A stretch of DNA of 34,340 nt, from NCBI GenBank assembly GCA_047617745.1, contig JBLGBN010000007.1, positions 1 through 34,340 of the forward strand, written 5' to 3'. Under the pieces are notes generated by a model, which did not search any database, was not told where the DNA came from, and saw only the letters and a program-made list of their open reading frames with translations. This DNA is from Candidatus Nanohaloarchaea archaeon (GTDB lineage: Archaea; Nanohalarchaeota; Nanosalinia; Nanosalinales; Nanosalinaceae). Positions 1-8,734 of the stretch are shown here, piece by piece. Numbering within the stretch: position 1 is the stretch's first letter; every line of letters starts with the position of its first letter. Made by a program: the position numbers and the translations under genes.

Positions 1-776
1 ACAAAATACTCGCTTTTACATTAATTCTAGTTTTCGCTGTTTCCGGAGCTACAGGGCTCAAGGTTGACATCAATATAGAGGAGATAACTGACCATGGCGC
101 CTACGAATTCCAGTATCGGGACAGTGTTGAGAGTTTCCAGGAGATGAATGTCACAGTGGAAAACCTTGGATCTATAGGGTGCACCTACAAAATGCGGGCA
201 GTTCTGGATGGAGAGAACCTTTCTGAAATCGAGCACTCCCGGGGATATGAACTATGGCCCGGTGATACAGCGTTAATGAAGATCCGTCACATGCCTTTGA
301 ATTACACCGGTGAAATACAGAGCGATGTATACCTTAGTTACTGTGGTCAGGAAGAATTAATAGGCGAAGCCAATTATACTGTTGAGGAGAGACAGGTTTC
401 AAACAGCACTGTGGAAACTGAAACCGTGAGTGTAGATTCGAGCGGCGCCGAAGTAAGAACTGCCGAGCTGCAAAATGGATATATGATACCTGAAGAAGCT
501 CCTGCAGGCTGGGAGGTAGCCAGCTCCACAGTTGAAGACGGGAAAACACGGGTAAGTTATGATGCACCGATCTTCGATAACCGCAGAGATATTACCTACA
601 GCGTAGTTAGTTCGGACGGCGAACTGGTTGGAACTGCAGAGGTCAATCTGAATCCAGAGAAGAGTCTTTTGGAGATGGTTGAGCAGAATATCTGGAAAAT
701 ACTTCTAGTCATGTCTCTGCTGCTTAATCTGGGGCTTGTTTACAACCAGAAAGTTAAACCTTTAAGTGAGAAATAG
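1..776 (+). CDS. Secreted, C-terminally membrane-anchored surface protein (5' end lies outside the window)
   Basis: The frame of ORF 144..776 is open back to base 3 and reads KILAFTLILVFAVSGATG, a signal-peptide-like segment, so the true start is just upstream. Beta-rich body; C-terminal hydrophobic helix IWKILLVMSLLLNLGLVY followed by basic residues. Confidence 0.75.
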   Translation, partial: KILAFTLILVFAVSGATGLKVDINIEEITDHGAYEFQYRDSVESFQEMNVTVENLGSIGCTYKMRAVLDGENLSEIEHSRGYELWPGDTALMKIRHMPLNYTGEIQSDVYLSYCGQEELIGEANYTVEERQVSNSTVETETVSVDSSGAEVRTAELQNGYMIPEEAPAGWEVASSTVEDGKTRVSYDAPIFDNRRDITYSVVSSDGELVGTAEVNLNPEKSLLEMVEQNIWKILLVMSLLLNLGLVYNQKVKPLSEK

Positions 777-789
777 CTAATTACTTACA

Positions 790-3501
790 ATGATCAAGGA
801 TTCAGGCCTTAAAGCGAGAGCGATCATTCTTGGAGCACTCGTTCTATTTGCCTCCGGACAGGCAGCCGCCGCAACTGTAACATTACAGGACAGCACTATC
901 TGGCTCCACGATAATCAAGATAAAACTCTGAATGGGCAGGTCCAATGCCAGAACGGTAACTCGGTTTCATCACTTGAGGTTGTTTTCCCTGACGGTAGTT
1001 CCACAACTGTAAACCAGGATCTGGAAAACGGCGACAGCTTCACATACAATCTTGAAAACGATAATTCTGAAGGCGTGTACGAAACAGTACTTGAGTGCAG
1101 CAGCGGTAACACTGACAGCAAAGAGTTCACAGCTCTCCAGCTACATGTAGAGAAAATATCGCCAAATGAACAGATAAACCGTTTCAGAGGAGATCAGATC
1201 AGTGCCGATATCCGAGCCAGAGTAAACGGTTCTTCAGGCAATAAGTTCTCTCTCAGCAATGCTGACTTCGCGATGACTCTTTACGACACTGAACCGGTAC
1301 CTCTAGAGAGTATAAGAGAGGTGAAATCTTCTTCCGGGGAGAATATTTACAGTATTGAGGGAGATATTCCACAGGATATTGAACCAGGCTCCAAGTTCCT
1401 TGAGTCATCAGTTACATACACACCTGAAACCGCAGACGAACCTATAGACACAAATATAGAGGGCTTCTCGGTCGAAGTCGAGAAATCATGGAACTTCGAC
1501 ATAACCAACAGAACTCCAGACACCTCGATAATAAACTACCAGAACGTAAATGATCTGACTCTGGAAACGGATATAACTTACAAAGGAGAGCCTGAGAACA
1601 CGCTCAGCTCCAGTGATTTCTACCTTACAGTAAAGGACAGTAATGGAACTGTGTTTAATGATTTCGAGAGGAAGAAGTGGATTTCTTCAAGCCTGCAGGG
1701 TTCAAACGGAGAGTACGAGCTAAAGCTCTCAAATATTCCTGCTCTGCCGAAAGGCGAGTACAACTGGGTTATAGGTCTCGACAAGGATGAGGGCCAGAAG
1801 ATAGTTGAACTGCCGGTTTACAACTACCTGTTTTTGAGCGGTACAATACATGATGCACAGGGCAAAGGCGTAGACTCCGAAATTTTAATTGGAAGTGATT
1901 CTGCGGTAGCCAGGCAATTCAACGCAGATGATGGAGAGTACCGTGGGAGGGTACTTCCGGGCAGATACAATTTCACGGTTAACTTCCCAGAGCTTTCCGC
2001 AACTTTCAACGATGTAGAGCTGGAGGAAGGAGTCCGTGGGAGTATAAGATACGATGAAATCCCTCAGGGAGATGTTGAGGGCGCACTGGAAGGTATATCT
2101 GTGGTTAACGCAGTAGGAGTTGTTTTCGGCTACCCGGTGAGCGGCGATGTAACAATGGATATGTCATACGATCCTTCCGGCGTCAGTTTTGATAATGCCC
2201 GGGTAGTAGAATGCAAGAGATGGCTCCTCAATAGAGAGTGCTGGGGAGAATGGAATACGCTCAATCGGTCTGAGGTAACGCTTTACCCTACTGTTGGAAG
2301 AGCTGAGTTTGAGGGAGAGGCGGTGAACGTGTCCGACGGCAGGAAGAAAGTTATGAGTGCGTATATGATTGTAAGAAACACGGAACTAACGCTTGAAAAC
2401 GTAAATATGGAGATGGGAAGACATGAACTAGGATCAAGTCAGAGCGTTGACGGTAAAATCGTCACACCTAGTGGAGACAGCGTTAGCAGCGTTAACGTGG
2501 AAATATCTATAGTTAAAGAAGAGGAAGTATTTGAAACAGTAACCGCCCAGACAAATGCTAACGGTAACTTTGGAACACAGATCAACCTGCCGGAAGAGCC
2601 GGGTATATACAGCGTTAAAATTGAGGCTCAGAGAGATCCTTACCAGGGATTTGAAACCACGCTTTCAGGTAACATTGAGACATTTATCAGGAAATCAGTA
2701 TCCGTCAACGTGCCTGAGGACATAGAGTTTTATCCCGGTGAAAGTTCGCAGACCAGTTTCACAGTGATTAACGATGGTCAGGCGGAAGCAACCAATGTCA
2801 AACTGAGGATCAACGGCCTGAAAAATACATGGTACGAATTCGATCAGGCATCCTGGGATTCAATTGAGCCAGGAGGTTCACGTGAAGCTACTATGACCGT
2901 CGAACTGCCTACGGATTACTGTGGAGACCAGTGTACAGAATATCCCACATTCAATGCTGAAGTTGTTGCAACATCCGATGAGGAATCCATAAATGATATT
3001 CAGTCAGTTCAGTCAGTGGTTACAAAGGAGAGAAGCGTAAACTCTTCACAGTCAGAGTCAGAAGATCAGGAATCAAGCTTCTCCATGCCTGATGTACAGG
3101 GAGCTACAGGTCAGTTCCTGGAGCAGAGGAGCAGTCTCAACATAGCTCTCGGACTTGCAACAGTGTTCATCCTCGCCCTTGCGGTTTCGGTCAAGAAAAA
3201 GAAGGAATCTGATTCAGGTAGAAACAGGTTGAACAATAGTAGTGGAGGTTCGAGGCCGGTCCAGAACTCTTCTTCCAGATCTGTTTCCAAGCCGGATGTA
3301 GGTTCTAAAGAGGAAGTAGAGGGTGAGGAACCAAGTGAGAGTCAGGCTGAGGAAGAATCAGGTAGTGACGAAGCGACTGGACACGATGAAAGTTCAGCGG
3401 GAGAAAATGAAGGGTCGGAAAGCTCACACAAATGTGGTGTGTGTGGAGAAGAGTTTGACACTGAGTCAGCGCTTGACCTGCATGAACAGGCGATGCATTA
3501 A
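790..3501 (+). CDS. Large cell-surface protein (903 aa): signal peptide, Ig-like/beta-sandwich ectodomain, TM helix, acidic low-complexity tail, terminal C2H2 zinc finger
   Basis: N-terminal MIKDSGLKARAIILGALVLFASGQAAAA; many N-x-S/T sequons; CARDB-like segment (FTVINDGQAEATNVKL); TM LNIALGLATVFILALAVSV then KKKK; C-terminal CGVCGEEFDTESALDLHEQAMH. Confidence 0.85.
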   Translation: MIKDSGLKARAIILGALVLFASGQAAAATVTLQDSTIWLHDNQDKTLNGQVQCQNGNSVSSLEVVFPDGSSTTVNQDLENGDSFTYNLENDNSEGVYETVLECSSGNTDSKEFTALQLHVEKISPNEQINRFRGDQISADIRARVNGSSGNKFSLSNADFAMTLYDTEPVPLESIREVKSSSGENIYSIEGDIPQDIEPGSKFLESSVTYTPETADEPIDTNIEGFSVEVEKSWNFDITNRTPDTSIINYQNVNDLTLETDITYKGEPENTLSSSDFYLTVKDSNGTVFNDFERKKWISSSLQGSNGEYELKLSNIPALPKGEYNWVIGLDKDEGQKIVELPVYNYLFLSGTIHDAQGKGVDSEILIGSDSAVARQFNADDGEYRGRVLPGRYNFTVNFPELSATFNDVELEEGVRGSIRYDEIPQGDVEGALEGISVVNAVGVVFGYPVSGDVTMDMSYDPSGVSFDNARVVECKRWLLNRECWGEWNTLNRSEVTLYPTVGRAEFEGEAVNVSDGRKKVMSAYMIVRNTELTLENVNMEMGRHELGSSQSVDGKIVTPSGDSVSSVNVEISIVKEEEVFETVTAQTNANGNFGTQINLPEEPGIYSVKIEAQRDPYQGFETTLSGNIETFIRKSVSVNVPEDIEFYPGESSQTSFTVINDGQAEATNVKLRINGLKNTWYEFDQASWDSIEPGGSREATMTVELPTDYCGDQCTEYPTFNAEVVATSDEESINDIQSVQSVVTKERSVNSSQSESEDQESSFSMPDVQGATGQFLEQRSSLNIALGLATVFILALAVSVKKKKESDSGRNRLNNSSGGSRPVQNSSSRSVSKPDVGSKEEVEGEEPSESQAEEESGSDEATGHDESSAGENEGSESSHKCGVCGEEFDTESALDLHEQAMH

Positions 3502-4280
3502 TTCTGGAAAGCTCTCTTGATCTGTTTAGCCTTTCTTTTTAGCTTAGGGAAGCTAGGTTCATCGAACTCTTTTCCTTCAAGTGATGCTGCAAGTTTTTTG
3601 ATCTCAAGTGCAGCCTCGGAAAGAGGTTCATAGAGAACGAGAGGTTGGTTCTCGAAAAGGCTTCTTTTCATCTGTTTGTCATATGGTATCTGGGACATGA
3701 TGTGAGATTCAGTCATCATTTCGACTTCTCTCTCGACCAGTTCCATCTCGGGATTGTCTTCAACCATGTTTAGAACAGTTCCCAGAACAGGCTGTCTCAT
3801 ATTCTTGGCCTTCTCAATTATCTGCGCCGCGTTTATTCCAGCGGTCTGGGTGGGTGTAGTTACAATCATTATTTCATCGCAAGCTCCTATAATTGACTCT
3901 ACAGTTTTATTTAGGCCTGGAGGGCAGTCTACAAGGACATAATCTGATTCGGAAGCTGCATGCTCCAGTATATGTCTCAGGTGTGAGGTATCTGGCTCTA
4001 CATCGGTTATGCTGTTTGAGGCGGAAATAACTTTGATCCCGGTTGGATGTCTGAATATGGCAGAAGACGGGTCTGCGTCACCTTCGAGAACCTCCTGAAT
4101 CTTTACAGGGTGATCGTATCTTCCGAGGTAAACACCAAGGTTGGAGGCTGAGAAATCTGTGTCTACAACTGTAACTTCGGCGCCCTGCTGTTTGAGGGCT
4201 ATTCCGAGGTTTACACACATGCTGGTTTTCCCTACTCCGCCTTTCCCGGATATTAGCCCGATAATCCTGCCATCGCTCAT
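3498..4280 (-). CDS. minD: MinD/ParA-family ATPase
   Basis: Deviant Walker A SGKGGVGKT, VVDTD and LVDCPPG motifs, basic amphipathic C-terminus. ATG at 4280 preferred over TTG at 4289. Stop codons overlap convergently (TTAA 3498..3501) with the surface protein gene. Confidence 0.85.
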   Translation of the reverse strand: MSDGRIIGLISGKGGVGKTSMCVNLGIALKQQGAEVTVVDTDFSASNLGVYLGRYDHPVKIQEVLEGDADPSSAIFRHPTGIKVISASNSITDVEPDTSHLRHILEHAASESDYVLVDCPPGLNKTVESIIGACDEIMIVTTPTQTAGINAAQIIEKAKNMRQPVLGTVLNMVEDNPEMELVEREVEMMTESHIMSQIPYDKQMKRSLFENQPLVLYEPLSEAALEIKKLAASLEGKEFDEPSFPKLKRKAKQIKRAFQN

Positions 4281-4385
4281 TATACTCAAAATTTGGTTCT
4301 GACGGTTAATAAATTAAATTGAAACATGAGAGAAGTCCACTACCTCAGACAGGTATTTAAGATTAATTACCTACAAGAAGTAATT

Positions 4386-4799
4386 ATGACTAAGTTTTGG
4401 GCCGTAGTAACAGTACTGATCGCAGTCGGTCTTGGGCTTCTACTAGCCCAAGAAGCAAACCCTGTAAACTTTACAGATCTGGAGACAGAGTGTCGATACG
4501 ATAGAGGCACGGTCTCGCAGATGGATGTAAGACATGACAAACTATACTTCTCAGGCCACTTCCCTGTAAAGAACCCTGAAGCAGATCTTTCATACAGTTT
4601 CAGTCAGAGCAATGACCATGTTACACTTAATATACAGAAATCAGGTGACTCTGCGCTAACATCTTTCGTAGATGACTGCAAAGCAGTAGCAGTCTATCAA
4701 GGTTCTACCAGGGATAAACTGGAGCCCGGAAGATATACAGTAACTGTAAAGCATGCAGGCGAAGAAGTAGATAAGAGAATAATAAGAATAGATGAGTAG
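4386..4799 (+). CDS. Small secreted or membrane-anchored hypothetical protein
   Basis: ATG 4386 gives MTKFWAVVTVLIAVGLGLLLA signal anchor and lies downstream of TATA-like TATTTAAG (~4354-4361). Two Cys; LEPGRYTVTV beta-sandwich-type ending. Confidence 0.7.
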   Translation: MTKFWAVVTVLIAVGLGLLLAQEANPVNFTDLETECRYDRGTVSQMDVRHDKLYFSGHFPVKNPEADLSYSFSQSNDHVTLNIQKSGDSALTSFVDDCKAVAVYQGSTRDKLEPGRYTVTVKHAGEEVDKRIIRIDE

Positions 4800-4804
4800 G
4801 CGAG

Positions 4805-7333
4805 TTATTTCTTCAGCCGGTAAACGACCTCTCCGTCCTTATTTTCTACTTCTATCTTATCCTCTTTCGCCAGCCACCCCAGCGCTTGGTGAAGCGAACT
4901 ATCATCGATCTTTGAAGACGTATAGCTGAGCAGCTTTGAAGCTGTTGCCTTGCCCTGAGTTTCAAGACAGTCGTACACTTTTCCGGCGGGTGTTCCAACC
5001 ATCCCGTCGATACTGAACTGGTAGCGGTCATTTCCTTTTTCCCTGTTTTCCTCCGCCTCTGAAACCTTCATGATAGTCTCCAGAGCTACATCAGGCGATA
5101 CAGATATTGCATCAATATCGTTGTTAACCAGGAATTCTGCATAGCCTTCATGTGTTGAGGGTGCATCTCCACAGATTCCAACATGCCGGTTTTTGGAGTG
5201 TGCTCCCTGAATCAACCTCTGGATAGATTCCTTCACAGCAGGATCTCTCTCATCGAACAGTTCCTTCAGCTTGTCGCTGTTTCTGTCCACTCCGAGCGTT
5301 AACTGTGTGAGGTCGTTGGTTCCTACAGAGAAGCCGTCGAACACCTCGGCGAACTCCTCCGCACGGATGATATTGGCAGGGATCTCGGCCATAACGTACA
5401 CATCTACATCACCTTCGTCAAGTCCATATTCTTTCATCTTTGCCCTAACATTCTTCCCTTCCTCCACTGTGCGGCAGAACGGAACCATGATCGTCAGGTT
5501 GTCGAGTTCTAACTCATCGATAGCTTTTCTAAGCGCTTTGCATTCAAGCTCGAAAGCTTTCGAGAAAACCTCGTCATAATATCGGGAGGCACCTCTGAAC
5601 CCGAGCATAGGGTTAGCTTCATCTGGTTCGTAGTCTTCCCCGCCTTCAAGCTGTGCGTACTCGTCCGATTTGAAGTCACTGAGCCGTACAACTACCTGAT
5701 CCGGGTAGAATGCTGCACCAATCTTGCCCAGCCCGTCTCTCAATGCCTGGACATATTCTTCTTCCCGATCCTGTTCTATTAAATGCAGCGGGTGTTCGCC
5801 GACGTGTGAGGAGATTATGAACTCCTCTCTTGCAAGCCCGACGCCGTCGACCGGGAGCTGAGCCACATGGAATACCTCGCTGGGCTCCCCGATGTTTACC
5901 TGGACCTCTGTATCGGTCTCTGGTATGCTGTCGAGGTGATGTTCGTCAATATTGAACTCAAGTTCGCCATCCCAGATCTTTCCGGTGGAGCTGGAACAGT
6001 CAACGGTGACTTCCTGGTCGTCTTTAAGTTTCGAGGTCGCGTTTTCAGTTCCAATTACAGCAGGTACACCGATCTCTCTTGAAACGATCGCGGCGTGGGA
6101 GGTTCTTCCTCCTTTGTTGGTTATGATTGCCCCCGCCTTCTTCATGATTGGTTCCCAGTCCGGGTCGGTCATGTCGGTGACAAGAACCTCGCCCTCCTCG
6201 AACTGGTCTATCTCTTTCGGGGAGCTCAGGACATGTGCTTTTCCTTTACCAATTTTGGATCCGATTGCTTCTCCTTCGAGAAGGATTTCTGACTCCTCTT
6301 CGAGTTCATATTCTTCTATTATGTTTTCATCTTTCTCCGCCTGAACTGTTTCAGGTCTTGCCTGTACAATATACATTTCCCGGGTCTGGCCGTCGAAAAC
6401 CCATTCGATATCCATCGGCTTGTCGTAGTGTTCTTCAATCCTTACAGCGTATCGAGCTAGCTCTTTCACCTGGTTGTCGGTGATACAGAACTTTTCCCTG
6501 TCGCTCTTCGGCACTTTTTTCTCGACGTTTTCCTCCCCGTCGCCTTCTTCGTGTTCGTCGTTTCTTACAAGCTTGACTTCTTTGTCGCCGAGCTTCTTCT
6601 CGATTATACCCATATTCTCCTTGAATACAGTGAACTCATCCGGGTTGACCTCCCCCAGCACCACGTACTCTCCGAGACCATAACTTCCATTGATCGTTAC
6701 GACATTGTCGAAGCCTGAGTCCGGGTCAAGCGTAAACATTACTCCGGCAGCTCCAATATCTGAACGACCCATCTTCTGGACAACAGCGCTTAACTTCACA
6801 TCGAAGTGCGAGAATCCTTTATCCTCTCTATAGGAGATCGCTCTATTTGTGAAAAGCGATGCATAGCAGTCCTTGATTCTCTTCACAAGATCCTGTTTAC
6901 CTGATACGTTAAGATATGTTTCCTGCTGACCAGCGAATGAAGCTCCTGGCAGGTCCTCTGCGGTTGCCGAGGATCGAACAGCGACCTCAGGGTTATCGAC
7001 GCCAAGCTTTTCTTCAAGTTCCTCGTATGATTTGACAAAATCCTTTCTCAAATCCTCTGGCATATCTGCTTCCTTGATATGAGCTCTGATTTTTTCTCCT
7101 CTTCTCTGCAGATCCGTCACATCGTCTGTATCGAGCCCATCAAGAAGCTCTTCAATCTTGTCTCTCAGCTCTGTATCGTGGATAAATCGGTCGTACGCGT
7201 CTGAGGTTGTTGCGAAGCCTGGTAGTACAGGCACTTCTACCTCGTTTCTGAGTTCTCCCAGGTTTGCGCTCTTCCCGCCTACACGGGAGGTATCGTCTGC
7301 GTTAATATTCTCGAACCAGAGGACGTTGGTCAT
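4805..7333 (-). CDS. ppsA: Phosphoenolpyruvate synthase (pyruvate, water dikinase) with C-terminal winged-helix extension
   Basis: VGGKSANLGE, VAVRSSATAEDLPGASFAGQQET, phospho-His motif GGRTSHAAI, EANPMLGFRG, FSVGTNDLTQ, GICG. Confidence 0.97.
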   Translation of the reverse strand: MTNVLWFENINADDTSRVGGKSANLGELRNEVEVPVLPGFATTSDAYDRFIHDTELRDKIEELLDGLDTDDVTDLQRRGEKIRAHIKEADMPEDLRKDFVKSYEELEEKLGVDNPEVAVRSSATAEDLPGASFAGQQETYLNVSGKQDLVKRIKDCYASLFTNRAISYREDKGFSHFDVKLSAVVQKMGRSDIGAAGVMFTLDPDSGFDNVVTINGSYGLGEYVVLGEVNPDEFTVFKENMGIIEKKLGDKEVKLVRNDEHEEGDGEENVEKKVPKSDREKFCITDNQVKELARYAVRIEEHYDKPMDIEWVFDGQTREMYIVQARPETVQAEKDENIIEEYELEEESEILLEGEAIGSKIGKGKAHVLSSPKEIDQFEEGEVLVTDMTDPDWEPIMKKAGAIITNKGGRTSHAAIVSREIGVPAVIGTENATSKLKDDQEVTVDCSSSTGKIWDGELEFNIDEHHLDSIPETDTEVQVNIGEPSEVFHVAQLPVDGVGLAREEFIISSHVGEHPLHLIEQDREEEYVQALRDGLGKIGAAFYPDQVVVRLSDFKSDEYAQLEGGEDYEPDEANPMLGFRGASRYYDEVFSKAFELECKALRKAIDELELDNLTIMVPFCRTVEEGKNVRAKMKEYGLDEGDVDVYVMAEIPANIIRAEEFAEVFDGFSVGTNDLTQLTLGVDRNSDKLKELFDERDPAVKESIQRLIQGAHSKNRHVGICGDAPSTHEGYAEFLVNNDIDAISVSPDVALETIMKVSEAEENREKGNDRYQFSIDGMVGTPAGKVYDCLETQGKATASKLLSYTSSKIDDSSLHQALGWLAKEDKIEVENKDGEVVYRLKK

Positions 7334-7435
7334 GGCTAAAAATTCGGACAGCCCGCATATAAAAAACGCGTTGTGAGTCTCTAGTGGAAATTTTCCGGGA
7401 AAGCTGATTTTAACTAGGGCGAGGAATTCATTGGT

Positions 7436-7843
7436 GTGAAAGGACAGGCAGCGATCGAGTACATGACAGTGTTTGGTATAGCGCTACTTCTAGCCACGCC
7501 ATTTGTGGTTAAAGCGCAGTCCTCCATAATGGAGATACAGTCCAGTTCCAGCGTTGTCTCTATGCAGGACTCTCTCAATGATATAGATGTAGCAGTTAGA
7601 ACAGTCAGTGCCGCCGGAGAACCTTCTGCCAGAACATTTGAAATCAGGATTCCGGATAATATCAATGAGACTGTTATAAGAGATGAAAATATAGTTGTAC
7701 GCCTGAATACTCCTACCGGGACGACTAGACTTTCCCGGAACTTCGACACAAATATAACAGGCGGACTACCCTCCGAACCAGGTTTATACCTGCTCAGGGT
7801 GAGAGCTGAAGCTGGAGAGGTGGATCTAGAGGTGGTTTCATGA
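7436..7843 (+). CDS. Type IV pilin-like protein (class III signal peptide, Q+1/E+5 type)
   Basis: GTG start; MKG|QAAIEYMTVFGIALLL followed by hydrophobic helix; GAGG SD-like element upstream. Confidence 0.85.
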   Translation: MKGQAAIEYMTVFGIALLLATPFVVKAQSSIMEIQSSSSVVSMQDSLNDIDVAVRTVSAAGEPSARTFEIRIPDNINETVIRDENIVVRLNTPTGTTRLSRNFDTNITGGLPSEPGLYLLRVRAEAGEVDLEVVS

Positions 7844-8244
7844 GGAAAGGCCAGAGTTCTATGGAGTTTCTCGCTATGGTTTCCATGTCTATGATTATTC
7901 TTGCATCCCTTTACTCTCTGATGGCAGAAAAACAGCACGATACAGCCAGTTTCCAGCAGGATAAGAACGCACAGTATGTTTCGGAAAAAGTTGCTTTCGA
8001 GATTGAGATGGCGCTTGTCCAGGGAGAGGGCTACTCACGTGTATTTTCCCTGCCGAGCTCTATCGGCGGCAGTAATTACTCTATTAGAGCTGGTAATGGG
8101 GAGGTTTTCACGGAATGGAGGGATAGCTCTATTTACCGGCTAAGTCGTTATCAAGGAGACCATATATATCTTGATGTCGATCAGGACTCACAGGTTTTCA
8201 AGGTAAAACATAATTCTTCAGGGGTGGCGATAGTTGAACAGTAG
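7840..8244 (+). CDS. Type IV pilin-like protein (class III signal peptide)
   Basis: MRKG|QSSMEFLAMVSMSMII; ATGA overlap with previous gene; GGTG SD upstream. Confidence 0.85.
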   Translation: MRKGQSSMEFLAMVSMSMIILASLYSLMAEKQHDTASFQQDKNAQYVSEKVAFEIEMALVQGEGYSRVFSLPSSIGGSNYSIRAGNGEVFTEWRDSSIYRLSRYQGDHIYLDVDQDSQVFKVKHNSSGVAIVEQ

Positions 8245-8734
8245 AAAAGGACAGTCCTTTATGCCGGATTTTCTGGCCAGTCTGGCGCTTTTTGGGGTGG
8301 TAGTTTCGATCTTTCTGTTTTCATGGAACGCGGTCATCTCCAATCAGGGAGATTTCTCCGAGTCAGAGCAGATGAGGGAAGAGGCATACTACACTGCTAC
8401 GTTCCTCGTTTCAACTAAGGGCTATCCTTCGGACTGGAACAGTTCAACGGTTGAAATACCGGGCTTCGCATCTTCAGATAATATCATTGAGCCTGAAAAA
8501 CTCTCTGAGTTCCGCAATATTTCCTATAGACAGCAGAAACTACTTCTTCAGGCTCAGAATTACAGACTGGTTTTCAGAAATACCTCTGGAATTATTAACC
8601 TGAACGGGAAGCCCCTTGATTATGGATTAAAGCCGGCTAATCCTTCAAATACGGTCGTTATAAACAGGAATGTGCTGATAGATTTCCCTAAATCAAGAAA
8701 AGAGGCGGAAATGAGGTACATAGTATGGAACTGA
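8234..8734 (+). CDS. Minor pilin-like protein (class III signal peptide)
   Basis: TTG start with GGTGG SD; RKG|QSFMPDFLASLALFGVVVSIFLF; overlaps both neighbours. Confidence 0.8.
   Translation: MNSRKGQSFMPDFLASLALFGVVVSIFLFSWNAVISNQGDFSESEQMREEAYYTATFLVSTKGYPSDWNSSTVEIPGFASSDNIIEPEKLSEFRNISYRQQKLLLQAQNYRLVFRNTSGIINLNGKPLDYGLKPANPSNTVVINRNVLIDFPKSRKEAEMRYIVWN

Noticed and set aside
7414..7938. 174-aa minus-strand ORF
   Set aside because: Antisense to two well-supported pilin genes and has no recognisable motif.
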